A DNA stretch of 64,000 bases from Acidobacteriota bacterium. GTDB lineage: Bacteria; Acidobacteriota; JAAYUB01. How positions within the stretch are numbered: the stretch's first letter is position 1; the number at the start of each line of letters is the position of its first letter. The stretch spans positions 59,618-123,617 of the forward strand of contig JAGNHB010000005.1 of NCBI GenBank assembly GCA_018001935.1, written 5' to 3'. Both the position numbers and the translations under genes were made by a program. Positions 27,161-36,108 of the stretch are shown here, in pieces. Under the pieces are notes generated by a model. The model was not told the origin of the DNA. It was given only the letters and a program-made list of their open reading frames with translations, and ran no database searches.

Positions 27161-28192
27161 TCATGATTCTCCCCCCGTTTCCCGATGGGAGCGGGAGAGG
27201 GCGACCCAGCGGTCCAGGAGGGGGGCGGCGAGGCCCTGCGCGAGGGTGTCCAGGGCCCGGCGGGCGCCGTCCCGGAGGTTGGCGGTTTCCCCGGTGACCC
27301 ACAGGAGCGCCCCGGCGTTCAGGGCCACCCAGTGCTGGTGGACAGGGTCCCCTTCTCCGCGGAGGATCCCCCGCAGCCAGGCCCCGTTCTCCGCCGCGCC
27401 GCCGCCCCGGAGCGCCTCGACGGGCGCCCGTTCGAAGCCGGCGTGCGAGGGGTCCAGGACGAAGGCTTCCAGCCGGCCGCCGTCCAGGAGAACGGCGGTG
27501 GTGGGCCCGTGGAGGGCGATCTCGTCCAGCCCGTCCCCGTGCACCACCAGGGCGCGTTCGCAGCCCAGCAGCGCCAGCGTCTCGGCGACGGGCCGGCAAA
27601 GGGCCGCGTCGTAGACGCCCAGGAGCTGGTACCGGGGCGCCGCGGGGTTGCAGAGGGGGCCCAGGAGGTTGAAGATGGTCCGCACCCCCAGGGCCCGGCG
27701 GACCGGCATGGCGTGCCGCACGCCGGGGTGGAAGCGGGGCGCGAAGAGAAAACCGATCCCCACCTCGTCCAGGGCGCGGCGCACGAAGGCCGGGTCGCCG
27801 TCGACCCTCACTCCGCAGGCCTCCAGCACGTCCGCGGAGCCGCACGCGGACGAGACGGAGCGGTTCCCGTGCTTGGCCACGCGGACGCCGCAGGCCGCGC
27901 AGACCAGGGCCGCGGCGGTGGAGGCGTTCACCGTGCCCGTGCCGTCGCCGCCGGTGCCGCAGCTGTCGGCCACGGGGAAGGGGAGGTCGCCCAGGGGCAG
28001 CGCCGAGGATCGCAGCGCCTCGGCCGCCCCGGCCAGTTCGCCCGCCGTCTCGCCCTTGACCTTGAGGGCCGTGAGGACGGCGGCCAGCACGGGCTCCGGG
28101 ACGGATCCCTCCACCACCTGCCGGAAGAGGTCCCGCGCCGCGGCCCGCTCGAGAGATCGCCCGGCGCAGAGCTGTTCCAGGACCTCACGCAC
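27161..28192 (-). CDS. trpD: Anthranilate phosphoribosyltransferase
   Basis: It has DSCGTGGDGTGTVNAST and KHGNRSVSSACGSADVLE motifs. It overlaps the trpG stop by 8 nt. Confidence 0.95.
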   Translation of the reverse strand: MREVLEQLCAGRSLERAAARDLFRQVVEGSVPEPVLAAVLTALKVKGETAGELAGAAEALRSSALPLGDLPFPVADSCGTGGDGTGTVNASTAAALVCAACGVRVAKHGNRSVSSACGSADVLEACGVRVDGDPAFVRRALDEVGIGFLFAPRFHPGVRHAMPVRRALGVRTIFNLLGPLCNPAAPRYQLLGVYDAALCRPVAETLALLGCERALVVHGDGLDEIALHGPTTAVLLDGGRLEAFVLDPSHAGFERAPVEALRGGGAAENGAWLRGILRGEGDPVHQHWVALNAGALLWVTGETANLRDGARRALDTLAQGLAAPLLDRWVALSRSHRETGGES

Positions 28193-28817
28193 GGCCGCCT
28201 CCCGCGACGGCGCCGTCCGGCGTCGCCCGGCCGGCCTGCCGGGCCCCGGCCCACCGGAGGACGTTGTCCAGGATCTTGCCGCCCAGGGGCGTCAGGATCG
28301 ACTCGGGGTGGAACTGAACGCCCGCCAGGGCGAGCGTCCCGTGCTCCACCGCCATGACCACCGCGCCGGTCCGGGCGGTGACCCGCAGGCAATCGGGGAC
28401 CGTCTCCGCCGCCAGGGAGTGATAACGGCCCGCCATAAGCGGCGAGGGGAGACCCTCGAAGATCCCGTCGCCCGTGTGCTCGATCCAGGAGGATTTCCCG
28501 TGGACCACCTCGCCGGCGAACCCCACCACGCCGCCGAAGGCCTCCACGAGGGCCTGGTGGCCGAGACAGACGCCGAAGAGAGGAATTCGACCACCCGCTT
28601 GCCGGATCAACTCCACGCAACATCCGGCGTCGCGGGGCGCCCCGGGGCCGGGCGACACCACGACCAGGGCAGGTTTCGGGAGTGCCATCGCCAGTTCGAG
28701 GGCCCGGTCCGCCGGGATGTCGTTGCGCCACACATCGACCCGGGCGCCGCGAACCCGCAGGTCGTGGACCACGTTGAAACTGAAGGAGTCGAAATTGTCG
28801 ATGAAAAGAATGTTCAT
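28185..28817 (-). CDS. trpG: Anthranilate synthase component II (glutamine amidotransferase)
   Basis: It begins MNILFIDNFDSFSFNVV. It has GVCLGHQ (catalytic Cys) and VQFHPES. The ATG at 28817 lies within ORF 28185..28865. Confidence 0.9.
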   Translation of the reverse strand: MNILFIDNFDSFSFNVVHDLRVRGARVDVWRNDIPADRALELAMALPKPALVVVSPGPGAPRDAGCCVELIRQAGGRIPLFGVCLGHQALVEAFGGVVGFAGEVVHGKSSWIEHTGDGIFEGLPSPLMAGRYHSLAAETVPDCLRVTARTGAVVMAVEHGTLALAGVQFHPESILTPLGGKILDNVLRWAGARQAGRATPDGAVAGGGRA

Positions 28818-28848
28818 GTCGATCACCTCGGAAAAACCATCGGGAATT

Positions 28849-29075
28849 GAAACCACGAACCACACGAACGGGAAACCGGATTGAAACCACGAAATACACG
28901 AAATACACGGACGGGGAGCCGGATGCTGGACCGAACGGTGGAGATTATCTTTTTCAATTTATTAGAGATCACGTTGTCACTCCTGGGTCCATTTTTCGTG
29001 TATTCCGTGTATTTCGTGGTCCAAACTTCTTCTGCAATTCTCCCCGTTCGTGTGGTTCGCGTGGTTCGTGGTTCC
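28849..29075. repeat. CACGAA-word inverted repeat (MITE-like, ~65-80 nt arms, AT-rich centre) filling the trpE-trpG spacer
   Basis: The left arm is GAAACCACGAACCACACGAACGGG...GAAACCACGAAATACACGAAATACACGGACGG. The right arm is TTTTCGTGTATTCCGTGTATTTCGTGG...CCCCGTTCGTGTGGTTCGCGTGGTTCGTGGTTCC. Half-copies lie at ~5534-5563, ~37466-37522 and ~52784-52811. Confidence 0.85.
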
Positions 29076-29095
29076 ATTGTCGTGTCCCTGAATTC

Positions 29096-30679
29096 TTATT
29101 CGATCGCCTTCAGGACCGCTTCCGCCTTTTGGCGGGTCTCGGCGGCCTCCGCGTCGGGGTCGGAGTCGTAGACGATGCCCGCGCCGGCCCGGACGTGGGC
29201 GACCCCGTCGCAGACCCACGCCGAGCGGATCACGATGCAGGTGTCCAGGGAGCCGTCGTGGGCCAGGTAGCCCACGGCCCCGCCATAGGGGCCGCGGCGG
29301 CTTTCCTCGTAGAGGCGGAGGAGTTCGGCGGCCTTCATCTTCGGGGCGCCCACCAGCGTCCCCATGTTCATCCCCGCCACGTAGGCGTGGAGGCCGTCCA
29401 TCCCCTCGTTCAGCTCGCCGCTCACCCGGGAGACGAGGTGCATCACGTGGGAGTAGCGGTCCACCTGCAGGAGCCGGTCCACCCGCCGGGTGCCGGGGCG
29501 GCTCACCCGGGCCACGTCGTTGCGGGCGAGGTCCAGGAGCATCATGTGCTCGGCCACCTCCTTGGCGCTCAGGCGAAGTTCCGCCTCGAGCCGGTTGTCC
29601 AGGTCGGGGTCGATCTCCCCCTCGGCGGTGAACCCCCGCGGGCGGGTCCCGGCGATGGGGCGGATCTCGAAGCGGGGCGGCCGCCCCTCCACCTTCACGG
29701 CGGTCTCGGGGGAGGCGCCGAAGAGGACGCCGTGCTCCCCGTTGAGGAAGAACATGTAGGGGCTGGGGTTGTGGGCCCGCAGCCGGCGGTAGGCCGCGAA
29801 GGGTTGCCGGCAGGGAACGGAGAAGGTCCGGCTGGGGACGATCTGGATCACGTCCCCGGCGACGATGTGTTCCTTCATCCTGCGGACGCACGCCGCGTAC
29901 GCCGCATCGGACAGGTCGGCGACGGGGGCCGGCCGGGCCGTCTCCCCGGGCGTTGCCGGAGCCTCGGGCGCCTCCCCGTGGATCTGGAGCGTCTCGACGG
30001 CGGCCGCCACCTTCCGGATGGACGCCGTGGCGTCGTGGTAGGCGGCCTCGGCGCCGGGCCCGCCGAACACGTGGGCGATGACGGTGGTGGTGTGGGTCCG
30101 GTGGTTGACCCAGGCCATCTCGTCGGGGAGGAGGAACTCGTAGTCCGGCCAGGGCCGCAGGGCGGGTTTGCCGGGCGGGAGGGCCTCGCAGCTGTCGATG
30201 AAGTCGTAAGCGAAGGACCCCGCCAGGATGGGCCCGAGGGAGGACTGGTCCCCCACCACCGACTGGCCGCGGACCAGCGCCCGCAGTGCGTCCGCGGGCG
30301 ACGGGGCGAGGAGCCGGGCGGCGTCCTCGCCGGGCGGGGGCGGCGGGAAGCGAAGGACGAGCCGCCCGGGTTCGTCGGCGACCACCGCGGCCGTCCCGGC
30401 CAGGCGCTCCTTCAGCCAGGCCACCAGCCCCGTGCCGTTGGGGTTGAGAGCCGCCGCCTCGACGTCCCGGCCGAAACAGCGCAGGCGGACCGCGGCACGC
30501 GTTACGAGAAGGCTCTTCTCCCCCTGCTGGGTGCTGCGGTCGCCGGATTCAAGCAGGAGGGTGTCGCGGCGTGTCCCGCGGTCCGTCAGGACGGCGAAGA
30601 GGGCGTGGGGTTCGGGGGCGTCGGCGAGGACGCGCACCAGGGGAAGGCACTGGCCGGTCGCGGGCAGGGGGGTGTTCAT
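29096..30679 (-). CDS. trpE: Anthranilate synthase component I
   Basis: The 527-aa protein belongs to the chorismate-binding family. It has LESGD in the N-terminal region and GAPKMKA...GPYGGAVGY in the C-terminal region. Its start overlaps the DAHP synthase stop (ATGA). Confidence 0.95.
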   Translation of the reverse strand: MNTPLPATGQCLPLVRVLADAPEPHALFAVLTDRGTRRDTLLLESGDRSTQQGEKSLLVTRAAVRLRCFGRDVEAAALNPNGTGLVAWLKERLAGTAAVVADEPGRLVLRFPPPPPGEDAARLLAPSPADALRALVRGQSVVGDQSSLGPILAGSFAYDFIDSCEALPPGKPALRPWPDYEFLLPDEMAWVNHRTHTTTVIAHVFGGPGAEAAYHDATASIRKVAAAVETLQIHGEAPEAPATPGETARPAPVADLSDAAYAACVRRMKEHIVAGDVIQIVPSRTFSVPCRQPFAAYRRLRAHNPSPYMFFLNGEHGVLFGASPETAVKVEGRPPRFEIRPIAGTRPRGFTAEGEIDPDLDNRLEAELRLSAKEVAEHMMLLDLARNDVARVSRPGTRRVDRLLQVDRYSHVMHLVSRVSGELNEGMDGLHAYVAGMNMGTLVGAPKMKAAELLRLYEESRRGPYGGAVGYLAHDGSLDTCIVIRSAWVCDGVAHVRAGAGIVYDSDPDAEAAETRQKAEAVLKAIE

Positions 30680-31692
30680 AACGTTCTCCCCGCCGCTTCG
30701 ACGAAGGGTTTGAGCCGTCGCATCACGGCGGCGAACTGCTCCGGGTAGAGGGACTGCTCGCCGTCGGAGAGGGCCCGCGCGGGGTCGGGGTGGACCTCCA
30801 CGATGATCCCGTCCGCCCCGCAGGCGGCGGCGGCGTAGGCCATGGGCCCCACCAGCTCCCGAACCCCCGTGCCGTGGGAAGGGTCCACGACGACGGGCAG
30901 ATGGCTCCGCTGCTTGACGTAGGGGACGGCGCTCAGGTCCAGGGTGTTGCGGGTGGCGGTCTCGAAGGTCCGGATCCCCCGCTCGCAGAGGATCACGTCC
31001 GGGTTCCCCTCGCTGCAGACGTACTCGGCGGCCAGGAGCAGGTCCTTGACGCTGGCGGCCAGGCCGCGCTTGAGCAGGACCGGCTTGCGGGCCTGCCCCG
31101 CCACCTGGAGCAGTCGGAAGTTCTGCATGTTCCGGGCGCCGATCTGGATCACGTCGGCGTGGCGGGCCACCATCTCCACGTCGCCGATGTCCATGGCCTC
31201 GGTCACCACGGGCATGCCGGTCGCTTTCCCCACGGCGGCCAGGATCTCCAGGCCCTCCACGCCCAGGCCCTGGAAGCTGTAGGGGCTGGTGCGGGGCTTG
31301 AAGGCGCCGCCCCGGAGAGCCCGGGCCCCGTGTTCCTTCACGATCCGGGCGGTGCGGTCCATCAGTTCCGCGGACTCCACGGCGCAGGGGCCGGCGATCA
31401 CCACGAACCGGTCGGCCCCCACCGCTACGCCCTCGCCCAGGTTCACCACCGTGTCGTGGGGGTGCAGCTCGCGGCTGACCAGTTTGTAGGGGGCCAGGAT
31501 GGGCGTGACGCTCTCCACCTGGGGGTAGCTCTCCAGGTGCAGCTTCGCCAGCACCCGCTCGTCCCCGATGGCGCCGAGGACGACCCGCTCGGTGCCGGGC
31601 ATGTAGAGGGGTTTGCAGCCCATCGCCTCGATCCGGTCGAGCAGTTCCTGGGCGGCCGCCTTGTCGCTGCCGGGTTTCAACACGACGATCAT
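30676..31692 (-). CDS. aroF: 3-deoxy-7-phosphoheptulonate (DAHP) synthase, type I-beta with N-terminal ferredoxin-like regulatory domain
   Basis: The real start is the ATG at 31692 (MIVVLKPGSDKAAAQELLDRIE...). It has GPCAVES, KPRTSPYSFQG and VVDPSHG motifs. The upstream part of the 618-aa track ORF is Arg/Pro/Gly shadow sequence overlapping aroC. Confidence 0.9.
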   Translation of the reverse strand: MIVVLKPGSDKAAAQELLDRIEAMGCKPLYMPGTERVVLGAIGDERVLAKLHLESYPQVESVTPILAPYKLVSRELHPHDTVVNLGEGVAVGADRFVVIAGPCAVESAELMDRTARIVKEHGARALRGGAFKPRTSPYSFQGLGVEGLEILAAVGKATGMPVVTEAMDIGDVEMVARHADVIQIGARNMQNFRLLQVAGQARKPVLLKRGLAASVKDLLLAAEYVCSEGNPDVILCERGIRTFETATRNTLDLSAVPYVKQRSHLPVVVDPSHGTGVRELVGPMAYAAAACGADGIIVEVHPDPARALSDGEQSLYPEQFAAVMRRLKPFVEAAGRTL

Positions 31693-32780
31693 GGGGAAAT
31701 CCTCCCTTCCTCGATTTGCGGGGGCCCCGCCGCGTAGGGCCGCTGGCGGAGCCAGGCGTCGCCCAGGACCAGGCAGGCCATGGCCTCGGCGACGGGGACC
31801 AGGCGGGGGCAGATGCAGGGGTCGTGACGGCCGCGGACCTCGAGGACCACGGGGTTCCCGTCGACGTCCACCGTGTCCTGGGGCCTGGCGATGGAGGAGG
31901 CGGGCTTCACCGCCAGGCGGGCCACGACGGTCGCCCCCGTGGAGATCCCGCCCAGGGTCCCGCCGGCGTGGTTGGTGGCGAAGCCGCCCGGCCGGAGGGC
32001 GTCGTTGGCTTCCGATCCCCGCATGCCGGCCAGGGCGAAGCCGTCGCCGAACTCCACGCCCTTCACGGCGCCGATGGAAAGGAAGGCGGCGCCCAAGCGC
32101 GCCTCCAGCTTTCCGAAGACCGGGTCGCCGAGGCCGGCGGGCACGCCGTCGGCCCGGACTTCCACGATGCCGCCCACGGAGTCCCCCGCGTCCCGGGCCT
32201 CGCCGATCACGTCGGCCATCCGCCGGGCGGCCTGCGCGTCGGCGCAGCGAACGGGGTTGCGCTCGATCTCGGTGGGGTCGAAGGCCTCGGCCCAAACCGG
32301 GCCGACCCGCACCACGTGGCCGGTGACCGAGATCCCCTGCGGGGCGAGCAGCTGGCGGACCAGCGCCCCGGCCGCCACCCGGGCCGCGGTCTCCCGCCCC
32401 GAGGTCCGGCCGCCGCCGCGGTGGTCGCGGACGCCGTACTTGCGCCACCAGGTGTAGTCGGCGTGCCCCGGCCGGAAGCGGTCGCGCAGGTCGTCGTAGT
32501 CCGACGGCCGGGCGTCGTCGTTGCGGACCCACAGCGTGAGGGGGGCCCCCGTGGTGCGGCCCTCGAAGAGGCCGGAGAGGACCTCCACGCGGTCCTTCTC
32601 CTGCCGCGGGGTGGCGATGCCGGACTGCCCCGGCCGGCGCCGGTCCATCTCGCGCTGGATCGCCGCGAGGTCCACCGGGAAGGCGGGGGGGTAGCCGTCC
32701 ACCACCACGCCGATCCCGGGCCCGTGGCTCTCGCCGAAGGTGGTGACCCTCAGTATCTCACCGAACGAATTGGATGCCAT
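31689..32780 (-). CDS. aroC: Chorismate synthase
   Basis: It begins MASNSFGEILRVTTFGESHGPGIG, and RPGHADY and GRHDPC are present. It has a 4-nt overlap with the aroF start. Confidence 0.95.
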   Translation of the reverse strand: MASNSFGEILRVTTFGESHGPGIGVVVDGYPPAFPVDLAAIQREMDRRRPGQSGIATPRQEKDRVEVLSGLFEGRTTGAPLTLWVRNDDARPSDYDDLRDRFRPGHADYTWWRKYGVRDHRGGGRTSGRETAARVAAGALVRQLLAPQGISVTGHVVRVGPVWAEAFDPTEIERNPVRCADAQAARRMADVIGEARDAGDSVGGIVEVRADGVPAGLGDPVFGKLEARLGAAFLSIGAVKGVEFGDGFALAGMRGSEANDALRPGGFATNHAGGTLGGISTGATVVARLAVKPASSIARPQDTVDVDGNPVVLEVRGRHDPCICPRLVPVAEAMACLVLGDAWLRQRPYAAGPPQIEEGRISP

Positions 32781-32818
32781 CCTGCCCTCCACTCAGATTC
32801 AAACCGGGAACCGAACAG

Positions 32819-32862
32819 GTCGGACAAGTCAGACCAGTCGGACAAGTCAGACCAGTCGGATG
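32819..32862. repeat. 9-nt periodic tandem repeat (GTCGGACAA GTCAGACCA)x2.3 in the aroAK-aroC spacer
   Basis: The sequence GTCGGACAAGTCAGACCAGTCGGACAAGTCAGACCAGTCGGA was read directly. Confidence 0.85.
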
Positions 32863-32902
32863 CGATTTCGGTGTTTCCCTCTTTCTTTTCAGCTCTTTGG
32901 CC

Positions 32903-34672
32903 TCAGTCATCCTTGAAGCCCTCTTGGCCCTTTGGGTTCCTTTCCCTCGCTCTGTCATCCCCCTCTCTCCCCCACGCCCTCCCGATCTTTTCCGCCGCCT
33001 CCCCGGGGCCGGCCACGCTGGTGTCCACCCTCATCCGGGCGCACTCCCGGTAGAGCGGTTCCCGGAGCGCGAAAACGTTGGGCAGCTCCGCCTCGGGCGG
33101 CTCCCCCGTCAGGCTGGGCCGCCCGGAGCCCCGGACCCGCTGCGCCAGGATCGCCGGGTCCGCGTGCAGCCAGACGGTGAAACGCTCCCGGAGGGCCTCC
33201 CGCACTTTGGCGTGCAACACCGCTCCGCCGCCGGTGGCCAGCACCGTGCCCGGCTCGCCGAGCAATTCGAGCAGCAGGGCGTGCTCCCGCTCCCGGAAGC
33301 CCGCCTCGCCGTGCCGTTCGAAGACCCGGGGGATGTCCAGGCCCGCCCGGCGCTCCAGTTCGGCATCGGCGTCGACGAAGCGCAGGCCCGTCGCCGACGC
33401 CAGCCGGCGGCCGATCTCGGTTTTCCCGGCCCCCCGCATGCCGATCAGCACGGGTCCCCGCAGCGGCCCCGCCGCCCGGATCCGCGCCAGGGTCTCCCAG
33501 AACCCCGGGAAGGACTTGGACACGCACCCCGGGTTGGCGGCCCGGACCCCGGGGGACCGGAGCGAGAGGACCCCGTACGCCATGGCCATGCGGTGGTCGC
33601 CGGCATCGTCCAGGGTCGCGTCCACGGCGGGGGGCGCCGCGAAGGGATGCAGGTCGAGGCCGTCCGCGTGTTCGGTGATGTTCGCGCCCAGCTGCCGGAA
33701 GGCCGCCGCCAGGACGGCGATGCGGTCGCACTCCTTGATCCGGGTGTGCTTCGCCCCCCGGATCCGGACCGGCCCCCGGGCGTAGAGCGCGCAGGCCGCC
33801 AGGGGCGCGATGAGGTCGGGCGTGCGGGCCAGGTCGAACGCCGGGTCGGCCTCGGTCGACAGGGCTTTCAGCATCCCGCCGAAGGCCGCGTCCCCCTGCA
33901 GGGACTCGCCGGGGGAAAGGAGTCCCGGGACGCGGACGGGCCGGCCCGAGACGAAGCCCGCGGCGAGGACGAAGGAGGCCGAGGACCAGTCGGGTTCCAC
34001 CGTGAAGCCCCCCGCGGCCCCGGCGGCGTAGTCCCCCGGGAAGACCCGGATGGTCCGGGTGTCGGGGCGTTCGAGCCGGATCCCCGCCCGCTCCATCATC
34101 CGGACCGTCATCTCCAGGTAGGGCTCCGAGACCAGGTCTCCGGCCAGGCGGACCGTCAGCGGGCGGCCGAGGGCAGGGGCCGCCAGGAGCAGCCCGCTGG
34201 CGAACTGGCTGGAGAGGGAGGTGTCCACAGTCACCTCTGCCGGGGCGGGGCCGGTCCGTTCCAGGCGAAGGGGCGGGAAACCCTGCCGGACGGGATACCC
34301 CACCCGGACGCCCAGCCTCTCCAGGGCGTCGCCGAGTGGTCCGACGGGGCGCTCGCGCATCCGGGCGTCGCCGTCCAGCCACAGCGGGCCATCCGTCACC
34401 AGGGCGAGGCAGCTCCCGAACCGGAGGGTGGTCCCGCCGTTGCCGCAGTACAGGGGCTCCCCGGTCCCCCTGAGCGGGCCCGGCCGGACGCGCGCCGTGT
34501 CGGCGTCCCACGCGACGCTCGCGCCCAGGGCGCCGAGAAGGGCCGTGAGGTGACGGGAGTCGTCGCAGGGGAGCGCCCCGCGGATCTCCAGCGGACGCGA
34601 GGCCAGGGCGGCCATCACCAGGGCCCGCTGGGTCATGCTCTTGCTTCCGGGGACCGGGACGTCGAGGGTCAT
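32903..34672 (-). CDS. aroAK: Bifunctional 3-phosphoshikimate 1-carboxyvinyltransferase (EPSP synthase) / shikimate kinase
   Basis: The start is the ATG at 34672 (MTLDVPVPGSKSMTQRALVMAALA, the AroA motif). The C-terminal ~170 aa carry Walker A GMRGAGKTEIGRRLA and a shikimate-kinase-like sequence. The upstream part of the 1066-aa track ORF is shadow sequence. Confidence 0.9.
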   Translation of the reverse strand: MTLDVPVPGSKSMTQRALVMAALASRPLEIRGALPCDDSRHLTALLGALGASVAWDADTARVRPGPLRGTGEPLYCGNGGTTLRFGSCLALVTDGPLWLDGDARMRERPVGPLGDALERLGVRVGYPVRQGFPPLRLERTGPAPAEVTVDTSLSSQFASGLLLAAPALGRPLTVRLAGDLVSEPYLEMTVRMMERAGIRLERPDTRTIRVFPGDYAAGAAGGFTVEPDWSSASFVLAAGFVSGRPVRVPGLLSPGESLQGDAAFGGMLKALSTEADPAFDLARTPDLIAPLAACALYARGPVRIRGAKHTRIKECDRIAVLAAAFRQLGANITEHADGLDLHPFAAPPAVDATLDDAGDHRMAMAYGVLSLRSPGVRAANPGCVSKSFPGFWETLARIRAAGPLRGPVLIGMRGAGKTEIGRRLASATGLRFVDADAELERRAGLDIPRVFERHGEAGFREREHALLLELLGEPGTVLATGGGAVLHAKVREALRERFTVWLHADPAILAQRVRGSGRPSLTGEPPEAELPNVFALREPLYRECARMRVDTSVAGPGEAAEKIGRAWGREGDDRARERNPKGQEGFKDD

Positions 34673-36108
34673 GGCAGGTACTCCCGCAGGGTTTCGGCGT
34701 CCAGGTCCAGGCCCGTCAGCCAGCGCACCTGGGCGGCGCCCTGGTGGAGCCACATCTCCACGGCGGGGATGGCGACGGCGCCCTCCGTCCAGGCTTGCCG
34801 CAGCAGGCGGCAGGGTTCCGGGCCGAGGGCGAGGTCGAACACCACCCGCTTCCGAAGGGGCGTGTTGTCCGGCCAGGGGCTGTCGGGGCCGCTGGAGGGC
34901 GTCGCGTTGATCAGCACGGCGGCCTCGACCTCCGCGCGCTCCCCCCAGGGGACGCAGCGGGTGCGGGGGCCGAGCTTCCGGGCGGCCTTGCCGAGGTCCC
35001 GCGCCGCGAAGACCACGTCCCACCCGAGGTCCTCGCAGACCGCGCCGGCGGCCCGGGCCGCGCCGCCTGCACCCAGGACCAGCGCCGTGGGGGGCGTGCC
35101 CGGCGTGGCGGCGAGGGAGTACCGGAGGGGCAGGAGGATCCCCTCCAGGTCGGTGTTGGTGCACGACATCCCCTCCGGGGAGAACCGGACCGTGTTGGCG
35201 GCCCCCACCCGGAGGGCGAGTTCGTCGGGGCGGGCACACTCCAGGGCTTCCTGCTTGTGGGGCATGGTGACGCTCGCGCCGACGGCGCCCAGGTCCTGCA
35301 GGAGGGCGAAGGTTTCCGCCGCCTTGTCGGTCAGCACGGGAACGTAGGCGTAGGGGGCCCCGAGGGCCCGGAAGAGCCGGTTGTAAGCCCGCGGCCCCGG
35401 CGAGAACCGCACGGAAGGCCCGCCCACCAGCGCCAGGAAGGGTGCGCGGGAACCGTCCGGGAGGCCCATTTCCGTCGCCTCCCCGAGGGTGAGTTGGCCG
35501 GGGGCGGTGGAGCCCCCCTCGTCGGCGCAGACGTAGGTCCACTCCGAGTGGAAGTGGGTGTAGCGGACCCGGCTCAGGAGGCCGGCGTAGCCCATCCCGA
35601 CCCAGACGCCGGGAAGGCCCGCGTGCTCCGCGAGGAGACGCAGGCGGAGCAGGTCCGCGGCGTCCTCGACGGTGACGGCGACCTTCACCAGGTCGGGCTC
35701 GAACTCCCGGATCCGGGCCAGGGTGGTCTCCAGGTTCGCGGGGACCCCGTTGAAGTCGTGGACGGAGGCCATCAGCCGGCACTCCTCCCCCGGGCGGACG
35801 GTGCGGAAGAACTCCAGGTCGCCCGGGAAGTCCGCATCGAGGACCCCGGCCCCCGCCTCGGCGGCCTGAAAAAGGAGCCGTACCCGCTCCTCCTCCGGAA
35901 GTTGGCGGAACCCGCCCTGCCGGGGGGAGCGGCAGCACACCACGAGCCGGCGGCCCCACCGGGTGACCAGGTCGAAGAGGTCGGCGTCGGGCGTCTCCAG
36001 GGCGTCGAGGCGGACCTCCTGCAGACAGCCCGGCGCCAGCTCGAAGCCCCGCTCGAGGCGCCGGGCCAGGTCCGCCGTCGTGTTTTCCCGGCCGGTCAGG
36101 CACAGCAT
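34669..36108 (-). CDS. aroDE: Bifunctional 3-dehydroquinate dehydratase (type I) / shikimate 5-dehydrogenase
   Basis: The N-terminal half is type I DHQase-like (SVHDFNGVP, DLVKVAVT). The C-terminal half has SVTMPHKQ and the GAGGAARA Rossmann motif of AroE. It has a 4-nt overlap with the aroAK start. Confidence 0.85.
   Translation of the reverse strand: MLCLTGRENTTADLARRLERGFELAPGCLQEVRLDALETPDADLFDLVTRWGRRLVVCCRSPRQGGFRQLPEEERVRLLFQAAEAGAGVLDADFPGDLEFFRTVRPGEECRLMASVHDFNGVPANLETTLARIREFEPDLVKVAVTVEDAADLLRLRLLAEHAGLPGVWVGMGYAGLLSRVRYTHFHSEWTYVCADEGGSTAPGQLTLGEATEMGLPDGSRAPFLALVGGPSVRFSPGPRAYNRLFRALGAPYAYVPVLTDKAAETFALLQDLGAVGASVTMPHKQEALECARPDELALRVGAANTVRFSPEGMSCTNTDLEGILLPLRYSLAATPGTPPTALVLGAGGAARAAGAVCEDLGWDVVFAARDLGKAARKLGPRTRCVPWGERAEVEAAVLINATPSSGPDSPWPDNTPLRKRVVFDLALGPEPCRLLRQAWTEGAVAIPAVEMWLHQGAAQVRWLTGLDLDAETLREYLP

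Noticed and set aside
30679-30720. trp leader peptide / attenuator upstream of trpE
   Set aside because: The trpE start codon overlaps the stop of the DAHP synthase gene (ATGA), so there is no room for a leader. No Trp-Trp mini-ORF is seen in the other trp spacers.
30676-32532. 618-aa ORF (and 1066-aa ORF 32903..36103) taken at face value
   Set aside because: The N-terminal portions are Arg/Pro/Gly-rich and overlap the upstream genes aroC and aroDE in another frame. The internal ATGs at 31692 and 34672 give canonical N-termini and 4-nt start/stop overlaps.
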